Below are positions 28,166 to 42,102 of a stretch of DNA of 64,000 nucleotides, piece by piece. Numbering within the stretch: the stretch's first letter is position 1; each line of letters starts with the position of its first letter. The translations under genes and the position numbers were made by a program. This stretch comes from Eledone cirrhosa (lineage: Eukaryota): the NCBI GenBank assembly GCA_964016885.1, contig OZ024748.1:3968001-4032000 (forward strand), in the 5' to 3' direction. Below the pieces are notes generated by a model. It made no database searches. It was not told where the DNA came from and worked only from the letters and a program-made list of their open reading frames with translations.

Positions 28166-28448
28166 ACTTTTTTTCCTACTATATCAAGCATTAAACTAAT
28201 ATATATGTATATATATATATCTTTATTGTTCTGTATTGTTTGCTCTGTTGTTTTACGTTTACTTTTCACACACGCATACACACAGTCTCTCTCTCTCTCA
28301 GAGCAAAAATGTGTCTTACAGGCAGATAAAGAGACAGATAGAGGAATAGGCTGAGAATCAAACAGACAGATGGTCAGATAAGAAATAGAGAGAAGAGTGA
28401 GAAAGAAGAAAGAGGAAGATAGAGAGGGGAAAGTGAAAAAAAGAGAGT

Positions 28449-28487
<39 letters not shown>

Positions 28488-29449
28488 AAGAGGAAAGAGA
28501 GAGAGAGAGAGTGAGGGAGAGAAAGAAGAAAATGGGAGGAAAGAGAGAGAGGGGAGAGGTAAATGTAAAAGTGCGAGGTGCAAATTGTTGTGTATGGTTG
28601 AACTGGTCACATGACAGACGTTAAACGTCGTCGTGGTTTTGTCCGCTTGGTGTCACTACCAGAGACCTCCTTACAAACAACGCTGATTGCTAGGGTCACG
28701 TGCTATGAAGACATGCGTGGAGAAGACAATCAATTTTTTCTTCACTCCACTAGTCAAGTGAGGACCAGGGCTGTTGGTGTTGTTGTTATTGTTGTTGTTA
28801 TTGTGGTAGTGGCGGTGGTGGTGTTATTATGGCAGTGGTGTTGTTATTGTGGTGGTGGCGTTGTTGTTGTTATTGTGGTGGTGGTGGCGTTGTTGTGGTT
28901 ATTGTGGTGGTGGTGGCGTTGTTGTTGTTATTGTGGTGGTGGTGGCGTTGTTGTTGTTATTGTGGTAGTGTTGCTGTTGTTGTTATTGTGGTAGTGGTGG
29001 TGGTGTTGACGTTATTGTGGTGGTGGTGTTGGTGTTGATGTTATCGTGGTGGTGGTGTTGGTGTTGATGTTATTGTGGTGGTGGTGTTGGTGTTGATGTT
29101 ATTGTGGTGGTGGTGTTGGTGTTGATGTTATTGTGGTGGTGGTGTTGGTGTTGATGTTATTGTGGTGGTGGTGGTGTTGGTGTTGATGTTATTGTGGTGG
29201 TGGTGTTGATGTTATCGTGGTGGTGGTGTTGGTGTTGATGTTATTGTGGTGGTGGTGGTGTTGGTGTTGATGTTATTGTGGTGGTGGTGGTGGTGTTGAT
29301 GTTATTGTGGTGGTGGTGCTAGCAATGTTGGTGGTGGTCATGGTTGTTGTGGTTATTGTTGGTTCTATCTTTGCTCTTTTCCTATGTATGTATGTATGTA
29401 TGTATGTATGTATGTATGTATGTATGTATGTATGTATGTATGTATGTAT

Positions 29450-30045
29450 TGGTGCTACTGGTAACATGTATCCCAGTACAACCTGTCTCATGGTCGGGTC
29501 GTTGGCGACTAAACTGGCAACCCCACCAAGGTTTCTTGGTGAGGAGGGTGACTTTGGACATCCTGCAGGACTAAAAACAAAACCTGTCAAAGGGCAAAGG
29601 AGCTCTTAAGTGTCATTGGCCATCCAAAATCACCGGGAGAGATGACCCCTTAGCCTTTGTCAAGGCAGAATTCTAGGAGAAGGAAAACTCTGATATAACA
29701 CCTGCAACCCTGATGGTATCCAATGATGTTGACTTGTTCTTCTTTTTGGTAAATATCATCTTGGTTAAGAGAGTGGGACTGGCTTTGTGCAGTGCCTTTC
29801 CTCACTATAAAAGCTTCACAGCACAGGCATTGCTTTATATCTGGAGATCTCTCTGCACTTGTCGTCACATGGTACCATGGGCCCAGCACTATGTGTCAAT
29901 AATTGTCACAGGTGTAGTGTTTGTACCAGAGTTTTCAAGTCGCTGGCTGAGACTAAAAAGTCACACTCGTTCAGCGCATCGGTAGGGGTTCTCCTACATG
30001 GATATAAAGTAGTGGCCGTACTCGAAAACGAGTTGGCAGCCACCA
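29450..30045 (+). mobile_element. Bipartite non-autonomous RTE derivative (5' UTR-like part plus C-terminal zinc finger and 3' UTR), (TATG)n tail
   Basis: ctaggagaaggaaaactctgatata is an RTE 5'-UTR-like motif. Encodes CSVCTRVFKSLA..KSH and has a 3' stem-loop CTCG-AAAA-CGAG. Confidence 0.7.
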
Positions 30046-30130
30046 TATATGTATGTATGTATATGTATGTATGTGTGCATGTGTGTATATATATTTGTAT
30101 ATATACATGTATGTATATATACATGTATAT

Positions 30131-30541
30131 ACCGGGAGAGATGACCCCTTAGCCTTTGTCAAGGCAGAATTCTAGGAGAAGGAAAACTCTGATATAACAC
30201 CTGCAACCCTGATGGTATCCAATGATGTTGACCTGTTCTTCTTTTTGGTAAATATCATCTTGGTTAAGAGAGTGGGACTGGCTTTGTGCAGTGCCTTTGC
30301 TCACTATAAAAGCTTCACAGCACAGGCATTGCTTTATATCTGGAGATCTCTCTGCACTTGTCATCACATGGTACCATGGGCCCTGCACTATGTGTCAATA
30401 ATGGTCACAAGTGTAGTCTTTGTACCAGAGTTTTCAAGTCGCTGGCTGGACTAAAGTCACATTCGTTCAGCGCATCGGTAGGGGTTCTCCTACATGGATA
30501 TAAAGTAGTGGCCGTACTCGAAAACGAGTTGGCAGCCACCA
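30131..30541 (+). mobile_element. Second, 5'-truncated tandem copy of the RTE derivative
   Basis: Near-identical to 29632-30045. Encodes HKCSLCTRVFKSLAGLKSH. (TATG)n tail runs to ~30705. Confidence 0.8.
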
Positions 30542-31477
30542 TGTATGTATGTATGTATCTATGTATGTATGTATGTATGTATGTATCTATGTATGTATGC
30601 ATGCATGCATGCATGCATGCATGCATGTATGTATGTATGTATGTATGTATGTATGTATGTATGTATGTATGTATGTATGTATGTATGTATGTATGTATGT
30701 ATGTATCTATCTATCTATCATACATATACAAACACATACATGATTTACACACATACACAAGCAAGCACAGACATTCACACACACACATATACACTTATAC
30801 ATATATACACATATACACATATACACATAGCGAGATATATTCCCATACAAATAGTACACAGTACATCACAATATCCGCCATTTTATACTGACGATCACTT
30901 CAACTGAGGCAGAAAGATCGATATATTATCTGAACCACAATAAATCGTTTAAAGAAACTTACAATAACATGGAATAAAAACATAAATAACGAAATATAGA
31001 TGTCGAACATTGGCAAAATTGCCACAAATTTTGACAGGGGTAGGGGTCAGTGGTAGGGTGGGGATTCATCGATTTCGATTTGTTGTTGTTCTTGTTGCTG
31101 TTTATCTAAATCATTTGTTGTTTATCGAAATCATCTAAAATTGATTAAAATTTTCTTTTCATTTGTCAGATTGAAATATCTGAATTGAAAAGAAAATCAA
31201 AACAAACAAGCCTACAGACTCAGTAAAGACATACAAGATTCACCATAAGGGTACATCATCTACCCGGCCCTTATTTAACTTTCAAAATTTATCATTAAGC
31301 AACCTTAGCATATCTGCCATCATAAGTAACTAAAAACACCAGTAAGTTTTGAAATTATAATTAAGAAAGAATGCAACAGAGTACGTAGCTTTGAATATAT
31401 CATAAAGAATTTCAATACATTCTTCTACCGATTTTGGCCACTCTACTACATCTTTAAGACTCAAACAATAATAGAAA

Positions 31478-31735
31478 GATATTTCAAAGGGTCTTCCTTT
31501 CACCACTCCTCTTCTGCCTATCATTGATAATAGTATCTGAGACATTCAACAGGAATGAACTTGGTTATAAATGCTGTACGCTGCAGATGAGAGTTAACTT
31601 GAAACACTGCTTCAGAGAGTACATGGATTCATAAAAGAAACAGACATGAAATTTGGACTAGAAAAATGTGCCAAAGCAACCTTGAAGAAATGAAACCTAG
31701 AGAGAAACTCTAATATCATGCCAGATGATTTACAG
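31478..31735 (+). pseudogene. R4/Dong-like reverse transcriptase remnant
   Basis: Frameshifted IFQ..SLSPLLFCLSL, LYAADES*LETLLQRVHGF and MKFGLEKCAKATLK match the GIFQGDSLSPLLF and GMxFGLDKC motifs. Confidence 0.75.
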
Positions 31736-33102
31736 CATACAGAAAAAAACACTACTAGGCACTGCATAGATATTTCAGAGAGTACTCACAATACATTAGA
31801 AGCAACAATAACACGAAAAACTATGCTGCACACACTCAAGGCACACAGAGCTGTGCTCAATAATGCAATGACGATATGCAATAAAAATAAGGCTAATGAT
31901 TAAAATAATAACACTTACATCACCACCACCAAAAACAACAACAATAATTATAATAATGAATATATGCAAGTATAAAAGCATGAAAAAAAAGGTCGCTATA
32001 ACGGCCAAAATTCAAGTATTTGTGTGCAGTGGATGTTTTTTAAACGTGAAGAACCTTCAGAACGGATCCAAACATTGAATTTTGTCGTTTTCTTCATCAA
32101 ATTTGTAATATTTGAAGCGTCAAGAATTAATAAAAATGGCCGTTACAGGGTTAATGATTTCTATAAGACCAGAAACAATAAATCTTTGTCAGGAATTTCA
32201 AGTCAGAAAGGAAAAATGGACGTTATTTACTCCAGTGATGCACACCCATTTTATTTCTGCTATGGTCCACATGAGTTTTTGTTATATCGTCTATGATCCC
32301 TCCAGTGTCAAGCACCCCCCTCAAAAACAACAACAACAACAACCACAACAACAAAAAGTCATGCACAATTTTATTTGAAACAATAATAGAAAAATAAAAA
32401 ATAAAACCCTGGCAAACAAACAAACAAAACAACAACAAAAAACAAACAAACAAACACTTGATATGTCAGAATTGTAAAAAATATAAAATTAAATAAAAAA
32501 AAAGTGATTGTAATAATCTCGTGACCAATCTGCAAACAATTTTTCTATAGATATACAAATACTCCCCAAAAGAGTCCTACTAAAAATGTGAAGTCCAGAA
32601 CGATTTTACGACTTTTTAGAATATGAAAAAAAAAAAAAAAAAAAAAATGCATTGTCGTCTTTTTAGAATATGAGGGGGAAAAATGCAAAACGCGACGACT
32701 GTCTACTTATCTGTTCATGAACGGAATGGAGACAAGATAAATACAGAGAGAATCAGAAATTGTCAAAGTATTCGAGTTGGTTGATCTTCTTATGTCGATT
32801 CTGAAACCATAGCTACAAGTTGTTGGAGGGATCTATTCTAGCCCATACAGGCCTCCACCAAAATATATAAGTCTCAAGCCAATGACAACAAATCTTCCCA
32901 AACACTGATAAAACACGTGGCCAGAACGAATTTGATTCAACTTCCCTGCTCTTAAACCATGTTTTTTGGTTATATATTTTTCCTGAATAGGGTCTTTATA
33001 GCCAAAATATTGTAAAGAATAATAATACATTGTTTAATTACACCAAAATATAGTTGTTTTCTTTACAGCTTGTACATTGGTATTGACGGACACTCACACA
33101 CG

Positions 33103-33145
<43 letters not shown>

Positions 33146-33273
33146 GCGTTGGTGTGTGCTCTTTGCTTTTTCTTTCTAACTTCTTTCTTTCTTTCTTTCT
33201 TTCTTTATTTCTCGCTCTTAAGATTTGCGGTTGGTGGGGGTAAGGCTCTTATAAGTTTACTCTTTTTTCTTCA

Positions 33274-33340
<67 letters not shown>

Positions 33341-33471
33341 ATATTTATCTATCTATCCTTCTAGTTATCTATCTTTCTATCTATCATTTACTTTTTGTTC
33401 CCTTCCCTTACGTTCTTTCTCGACATGTGATCCTCTCTGCAAATACAAACCTTCAGCTTCTTCCATCTACC

Positions 33472-33537
<66 letters not shown>

Positions 33538-33543
33538 ACATAC

Positions 33544-33611
<68 letters not shown>

Positions 33612-33673
33612 TTATACACACACACGTCTATATATATATATATACATAAATACACAAACACATGCGTACACAT

Positions 33674-33752
<79 letters not shown>

Positions 33753-33930
33753 TGTATATACATACACACATATATATACACACACAAATAAAGTGATCGA
33801 TCATTTAAGACACGAAACTTTACATCATTTGACACATCAGTGAAATGTGTCACTCTGACAATGTATACATATATGTATACATATATACATACATACATAT
33901 ACACACATATATATATATATGTATATGTGT

Positions 33931-34017
<87 letters not shown>

Positions 34018-34022
34018 CACAC

Positions 34023-34095
<73 letters not shown>

Positions 34096-34313
34096 CACAT
34101 ATATATATATACATAAAAATACACACACATATATATATGTGTGTGTATGTGTGTGTGTGTGTGTGTGCGTGTGTGTGTGTTTATGGCTGTGCGTGTATAT
34201 ATATATTTGTATGTATGTATATGTGTGTATATATGTTTGTTATGATGCAGCGAGAAAATACATTCGTCAGAGAATTATGCCATATTTGTCTGAGGGCGAG
34301 AACATTGTCAATC

Positions 34314-34391
<78 letters not shown>

Positions 34392-34410
34392 ATGATACTA
34401 CTACTAATAA

Positions 34411-34880
34411 TAATTGTTTCTACATTTGGTACAAGGTCAGAAATTAGGGTGGAGGAGAAAGTCGATTAAATCGACCCCAGTGCGTTACTGGTATTTTATT
34501 TTATCGACCCAGTAAAGATGAAAGGCAGAGCTAACCTCGGCGGGATTTGAACTCAGAATGTAAAGGGCAGTAACTATATGCCGCAAAGCATGGTGTCCGA
34601 TGTTCTAACTATTCTGTCATTCCATGCCCTATATAATTGTTTCTACTTTAGGCACAAGGCCAGAAATTACCCAGTGCATTACTGGTACTTTATTTTATCG
34701 ACCCCGTCTATATAATGATAATAATTATTGTTTGTACTTTTGACACAAGGTCAGACATTTGAAGGAAAGGAGAAAGTCAATTAAATCAGCCCCAGTGCAA
34801 TACTGGTACTTTATTTTATCGACCTCGAAAGGACAAAAGACAAACCTCGGCCAGCTTTAAATTCAGGACTTAAGGGAAAG
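34411..34880 (-). mobile_element. Three tandem copies/fragments of the tRNA-derived SINE
   Basis: Repeated actggtactttattttatcgaccc. Copies at 34411-34630, 34634-34706 and 34726-34880. Confidence 0.85.
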
Positions 34881-34989
34881 CAATAATCAGTTACTGGGGT
34901 GACTATAATCAACAAAATGCATCGGCTCATAACTTAAGGCATGCACTTATGTAAGAAACGAATATAATTTTAATTATTTCGACAAGTAA

Positions 34990-35030
34990 TTCCAGACATG
35001 TTTCGCATTTATTCTGACCTCATCAGGGAA
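34990..35030 (-). ncRNA. Decayed hammerhead ribozyme
   Basis: Reverse complement reads TTCC-CTGATGA-...-GAAAC-AT-GTC-TGGAA. Palindromic stem III ACATGT; stem II is weak. Confidence 0.6.
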
Positions 35031-35219
35031 GCATACAATATCGCTTCCATAATAGTTATAATGATGAATTATTATAAGTAGATCGGGTGATCACGTGGAA
35101 AACATTTTGTTTACGTGTTGAAATGTGATGGTTCCGAATTTTCTTAGTGAAAGCAGAAATTATTTATGAATAAATAACAGGTTTTATAAATAAATAAAGC
35201 AGAAAGAAAGTAGGTATAT

Positions 35220-35264
<45 letters not shown>

Positions 35265-35299
35265 CAAGTATATATATATAATCACACGCACACACACAT

Positions 35300-35344
<45 letters not shown>

Positions 35345-35346
35345 CA

Positions 35347-35440
<94 letters not shown>

Positions 35441-36464
35441 ATGTATATACATATATACATTCACACACACATATATATATATATATACAGATAAGTATAT
35501 TTACATATATATATATATGTTACAAAGCAGATGTCAAAATTTTCCATCAAGACAAGACAAAAAACGAACATCACCACAACAACAACATCAACAACAGCAC
35601 AACAACAACATCAACACTTCTACCACCAACACCACCACAACATCAACAACAATACCAACAACAATGCCACCACCATAAAGAACACCACCACCACCACCAC
35701 CAACACCATCATCACCACCACCACCACCACCACCACCACCACCAAGACCACCATCACCACCAAGACCACCACCACCATCACCACCAAGACCACCATCCAC
35801 CACCACCAATGCCACCACCAAGACCACCACCATCACCATCATTAAAACCACTACCACCACCACTAATACCACTACCACCACCACCACCACCACCACCACC
35901 AACACCATCATCACCACCAAGACCACCACCACCACCAACACCACCACCACCACCACCACCAAGACCACCACCACCACCACCACCACCACCAATGCCACCA
36001 CCAAGACCACCACCATCACCATCATTAAAACCACTACCACCACCACTAATACCACTACCACCACCACCACCACCAACACCATCACCATCACTACCACCAG
36101 CACCACCACCATTAATACCACTACCATCACAACAGCAACAACAAGAATATGAAAAAATGGCGAGTGTGAAAGAAGCAGGCTAAAGAATCTGTCAAAGTTG
36201 TCATGAGAAGGATTGCATTGCAATTAGATCTAATCCTTAATAATAGCCAGGACAAATCTGGCAGTGGAATCCATATTGAAACGACACTATGTATGGAAGA
36301 TCCATCAAAAGGCATCAAAAGCCGCCATTGTTGACAATAACCATCGTCTCATTTTCTGCTGGACTTTAGTTCTACTTTTATAAACTCTCTCATACGTCGT
36401 TATATTTCTATTTCATTTTGTTTTAGATATGTTGTTTTTCTTCCAGAATATATGTATGTATGTA

Positions 36465-36495
<31 letters not shown>

Positions 36496-36673
36496 TTATA
36501 AATGTATATAAAAGTATATAAATGTATAGTTGTAAAAATATAATTATATATATATACGTATATATATTTATATATATATATATATATATAATTGTATATA
36601 TACGTATAAATATAAATGAATCTCTCTCTCTCCCTCCTATATATAATATATATATATACATACATACATACAT

Positions 36674-36704
<31 letters not shown>

Positions 36705-36777
36705 TAAATTTATATATATATATATAAATAAATATATATATATATATATATAAATATATAACTATATATACATATGT

Positions 36778-36810
<33 letters not shown>

Positions 36811-36829
36811 ATACAAGTGTACGTGTCAG

Positions 36830-36966
36830 CGATGGTGCGTGTGTGATGGATTCCCGTCAACTTTCTATCGCAAGGCAATATTCGGTCCGAGGCTATAGTG
36901 GTGGGACTGAACACGAAATCCCAAGGATGAGAAGCAGGCACCTTAAGCACGGAGTCATGTCTGCAC
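36830..36966 (-). mobile_element. Second SINE family, decayed
   Basis: ggtccgaggctatagt..gtgggactgaac, a reverse B-box-like segment. Confidence 0.6.
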
Positions 36967-37312
36967 ACTCATATGTACCATCATAAGGGTATCTCATCCA
37001 GCCGGCCCTTATTTAGTTATCAAAATCTATCGCTAAGCAACCTCAACATGTCTACCATTCCTAGAGGTCCCACATTAACCTTCGCGACATATGAATTTCA
37101 AGTAAAAAGTTTAATTCCAAAGAACCAGATGGTATGCGGGGGTTTCAAACACATATAAAGGACGTCAGGTTAGCAGGAATTCTGAGGGACACACGTTTCA
37201 CTTTTATTTTAATTAAATAGATTTTTCTGTTGCCATTAATTTTATTGTATATATATATACAGTATATATATACACAGTATATATATATATATATACAGTA
37301 TATATATATACA

Positions 37313-37354
<42 letters not shown>

Positions 37355-37406
37355 TATATATATATACAGTATATATATATATATATATACAGTATATATA
37401 TATACA

Positions 37407-37450
<44 letters not shown>

Positions 37451-37458
37451 TGTATATA

Positions 37459-37529
<71 letters not shown>

Positions 37530-38219
37530 GTGTGTATATATATATATATGTGTGTGTATATGTATATATATATATATATATATATAGCTTTAAAAAGCCC
37601 TCATGGTTATGTCTTTAGAATATATATGTATATATGTATACCAATATATATATATATATATGTGTGTGTGTATTTGCCATTTTTCTGTTGAGAAGATGGT
37701 TGATAATAGGTTTTGGTGTTAATGGTGTGCTATATGATTGTGATGATGATGATTATGATGATGATGGTGATGATGGTGATGATGATGGAGATGATGATGA
37801 TAATGGTGACGGTGCTGATATTTGTGATGATGATGATGTTGATGATGATAGTTAAGTGTTATGGAGCAACACAGCACAAACTGCTATCATAGACTAACAC
37901 AAGTTGCCGTTATGGGCTTTCATACATAAGGAACACAATCAGTTATCATGGCTAACATGGAGCTATGGTAAACATCGTGAACTCTCATGAACGGTAGAAT
38001 CACACGCCACCATCATTACTATCGGTCACTACACAGAGAATATAAAAGTCGCCATGATGGTAATAATTGTTTCTACTTTTGGCACAAGACCAGCAATTAT
38101 CCCAGTGTATTACTGGTAATAATACAGAAGGGACATAAGCCGCGTTCGTGGATATTACGGTGTAAGACAAACAGCCATCTTGGTTAAAATATACTGGAGT
38201 ATAAGCCGCCATTACAGCA

Positions 38220-39115
38220 AGCTGCCAGGATGGCTAACATACAGAGAGAAAGAAAAACCTCCATGATGGTTATGTACGATGGAGTCAGACAATACAAGCT
38301 GCCATGATGGCTAACATACAGAGAGAAAGAAAAACCGCCATGATGGTTATGTACGATGGAGTCAGCCAATACAAGCTGCCGTGATGGCTAACATACAGAG
38401 AGAAAGAAAAACCTCCATGATGGTTATGTACGATGGAGTCAGCCAATACAAGCTGATATGATGGCTAACATACAGAGAGAAAGAAAAGCCTCCATGATGG
38501 TTATGTACGATGGAGTCAGCCAATACAAGCTGCCATGGTGGCTAATATACACATAGAAAGAAAAGCCTCCATGATGGTTATGTACGATGGAGTCAGCCAA
38601 TACAAGCTGCCATGATGGCTAACATACAGAGAGAAAGAGGGAGAGAAAGAAAGACAAGTCGCCATGACGGCTAATATACACATAGAAAGAAAAGCCTCCA
38701 TGATGGTTATGTACGATGGAGTCAGCCAATACAAGCTGCCATGACGGCTAATATACACATAGAAAGAAAAGCCTCCATGATGGTTATGTACGATGGAGTC
38801 AGCCAATACAAGCTGATATGATGGCTAACATACAGAGAGAAAGAAAAACCGCCATGATGGTTATGTACGATGGAGTCAGCCAATACAAGCTGATATGATG
38901 GCTAACATACAGAGAGAAAGAAAAGCCTCCATGATGGTTATGTACGATGGAGTCAGCCAATACAAGCTGCCATGATGGCTAATATACACATAGAAAGAAA
39001 AGCCTCCATGATGGTTATGTACGATGGAGTCAGACAATACAAGCTGCCATGATGGCTAACATACAGAGAGAAAGAGGGAGAGAAAGAAAGACAAGTCGCC
39101 ATGACGGCTAAGTTA
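38220..39115. repeat. Minisatellite, ~77-bp bipartite unit, ~11 copies
   Basis: ccatgatggttatgtacgatggagtcagccaatacaagctgccatgatggctaacatacagagagaaagaaaa recurs at 38261, 38338 and onward. Confidence 0.95.
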
Positions 39116-39477
39116 CACGGAGTAACAGTAAACGCCATGATGGGCTAAAACACACAGGGAATACAAGTTCCATCGGAAAAAAAGGAGGCGGGGGGGGGAG
39201 GCAACAACAACAACAACAACAAAAATGTAGGGGCTGAAGGATAGAGAATGAGACAGGAGGTGGAGGTGGAGGACAGGGAAACGCTTTCAGCCGATGCCGT
39301 TTAAGCGGAAGGTGACTTTGTCATTCAATCGACCTCCTGCCTTCTGCTTGTGATTGATCACCTAATACATCTGTTCAAATAGAAGTTGATCGGTTCGAAT
39401 TTCACAAGATCCTTCGCGTTTTTATTTTTTTCATTTTCTGTTTTTCGTTTTTTTGTCATCTTTTTATACATAGTGTT

Positions 39478-39543
<66 letters not shown>

Positions 39544-39546
39544 GTT

Positions 39547-39652
<106 letters not shown>

Positions 39653-39695
39653 TATACATATATATATAAATATATATATACATATATATATATAT

Positions 39696-39744
<49 letters not shown>

Positions 39745-39747
39745 CAT

Positions 39748-39786
<39 letters not shown>

Positions 39787-40089
39787 AATATATAAAGACA
39801 TATATATATATACACATGTATATTTTTCATATGTATTATATTTTATCTGAATTTAGGTGTTTTTGTTTTTATTTTTTTTTCAATATTCTTGTATTATTTG
39901 ATTTTACTTTTTATGCATGTGTTTGTTTGTTAATGTTGTTGATGTTGTTATTGGTGGAAGTGATGGTGATGGTGATAAGTGAATGGGGATATGTTTTTAA
40001 AAAGGGTGGTGGTGTTTGTATGTCTACATATATATAAGCACATGTATATATATATATATATATATATGAGAGGTTTGGTGTGGTGAAAG

Positions 40090-40144
<55 letters not shown>

Positions 40145-40282
40145 TAGCTGTTGTTATTATTGTTGTGTATGTTTTTTCTTCAAATGCGTCATTATTTTTC
40201 TATTTCTTTCTATATGAATAGATTTTTTTACCGCTTTTTTTATAGACCTTTACGTATATGTATACGTGTGTGTATTAATACA

Positions 40283-40348
<66 letters not shown>

Positions 40349-40358
40349 ATATATATAT

Positions 40359-40416
<58 letters not shown>

Positions 40417-40495
40417 TTCATATACACATATATATATATATATATATATACGAATGTGTGTAGTTTTGAGTATACAATTTTTAAATACATATGAG

Positions 40496-40557
<62 letters not shown>

Positions 40558-40717
40558 TATATGTATGTATGTATACATATACATATATATGTGTGAGTGT
40601 GTGTGAATGTGCATGCGTTTAGGTTTAGCATGTGGTGTGAGGAAGTTGGGATGGTGTGGTCGTCTACATAACGCTTGTCACATATTACTTCACGGCCATC
40701 AAATGACACTACTTTCT

Positions 40718-40804
<87 letters not shown>

Positions 40805-40961
40805 TTGCTGCTGCTGCTACTACTACTACTACTACTACTCTACAATTTCTATTGTTACGTGGTTTCTGTTCTTTATCCATTTATAATCTGTTGTTTATAA
40901 ACCTCCTACTACACATTGTTAGACCCCCCCCACCCACCATCGTCATCATCATCGTCACCAT

Positions 40962-40992
<31 letters not shown>

Positions 40993-41078
40993 AGCAATAA
41001 CTCTACACTTACATTATCTCTATCATTATCAATTAACATTGGTTCCAAATTCTGAGAACATTACCGACGACAATGAAA

Positions 41079-41160
41079 GTCTCCTGAGGATGACCAGAGA
41101 ATAGAACGGGCGAAACATTGTGACCATAACTCCCATGATGAGGACATTTGTCCGAATAAA
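41079..41160 (+). ncRNA. Tandem hammerhead motifs (one near-canonical, one pseudo-core)
   Basis: GTCTC-CTGAGGA-T-GACC..GGGC-GAAACATT-GTGAC, then ATGATGA-GGAC-attt-GTCC-GAATAAA. Confidence 0.6.
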
Positions 41161-41168
41161 TCTGCTAA

Positions 41169-41330
41169 TAATTGTTTCTACTTTTGGCACAAGGCCAGCA
41201 ATGCAATGACCCAGTAAATTACTGGTACTTTATTTTATCGACCCCGTAAGGATGAAAGGCAAAGTTAACTTCGACGGGGTTTCAACTCAGACTGTAAAGG
41301 GAGCTAACTACTAGAAAGCATGGCGTCCAA
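41169..41330 (-). mobile_element. tRNA-derived SINE
   Basis: Reverse complement of the 42876 copy. Confidence 0.85.
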
Positions 41331-41641
41331 AAAATTCAGATAAATTTTATCGAACATAAATAATTAAAATATCGAGTATTGAAGGTTATTTTTTATTTGA
41401 GGTACAACATATCAAACAGCCTGAATGGAATGTTTTTATTAGTGTTTTTGTCTAAACGAGACTTTAAAGGAGTGTTTCTAGTTGACAAGTTGCTATCCAC
41501 TGGTAGGTCTATCGAACTGTTGTTGTTGGTGTTGTTGTTGTTGGCGTGGGATCTCCGTCGGCGACGACGGAGAGTTGTTCCAGTTGTTCGAACAGCCGAA
41601 CAGCCTGCTCGTGAAATTAACGGGAGTTACGTGACCATGTA

Positions 41642-41819
<178 letters not shown>

Positions 41820-41864
41820 AAGATCAAAATCCGCAGGGGGCTCGATAAGGATTGTATTTTGTTT

Positions 41865-41892
41865 CAGAAGATCCCAGATCGGGTGAAAGCTT
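41865..41892 (+). ncRNA. Decayed hammerhead (core CAGAAGA)
   Basis: CAGAAGA-T-CCC-agatc-GGG-T-GAAAGCTT, the same layout as 25069, in a TA-flanked insert. Confidence 0.45.
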
Positions 41893-41936
41893 TAATCTGT
41901 GGCAATAATTTAATAATATATATATATAGATATTTG

Positions 41937-41989
<53 letters not shown>

Positions 41990-42031
41990 TATATATATAT
42001 AATATAAAGTAGGGAAGCCAGTAAAAGAATG

Positions 42032-42102
<71 letters not shown>

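Noticed and set aside
29888-29982. Host C2H2 zinc-finger gene exon
   Set aside because: It is a single frameshifted finger inside a duplicated RTE-like unit with a retro-tail.
32145-32154. piggyBac-like end (agggttaa)
   Set aside because: No matching TTAACCCT partner end was found.
35531-36183. Proline/histidine-rich (extensin- or formin-like) exon
   Set aside because: It is a (CAC)n-derived simple repeat continuous with (TA)n/(CA)n translations.
38220-39115. CRISPR-like array
   Set aside because: The intervening segments are themselves repeated, there are no unique spacers or cas genes, and the context is eukaryotic.
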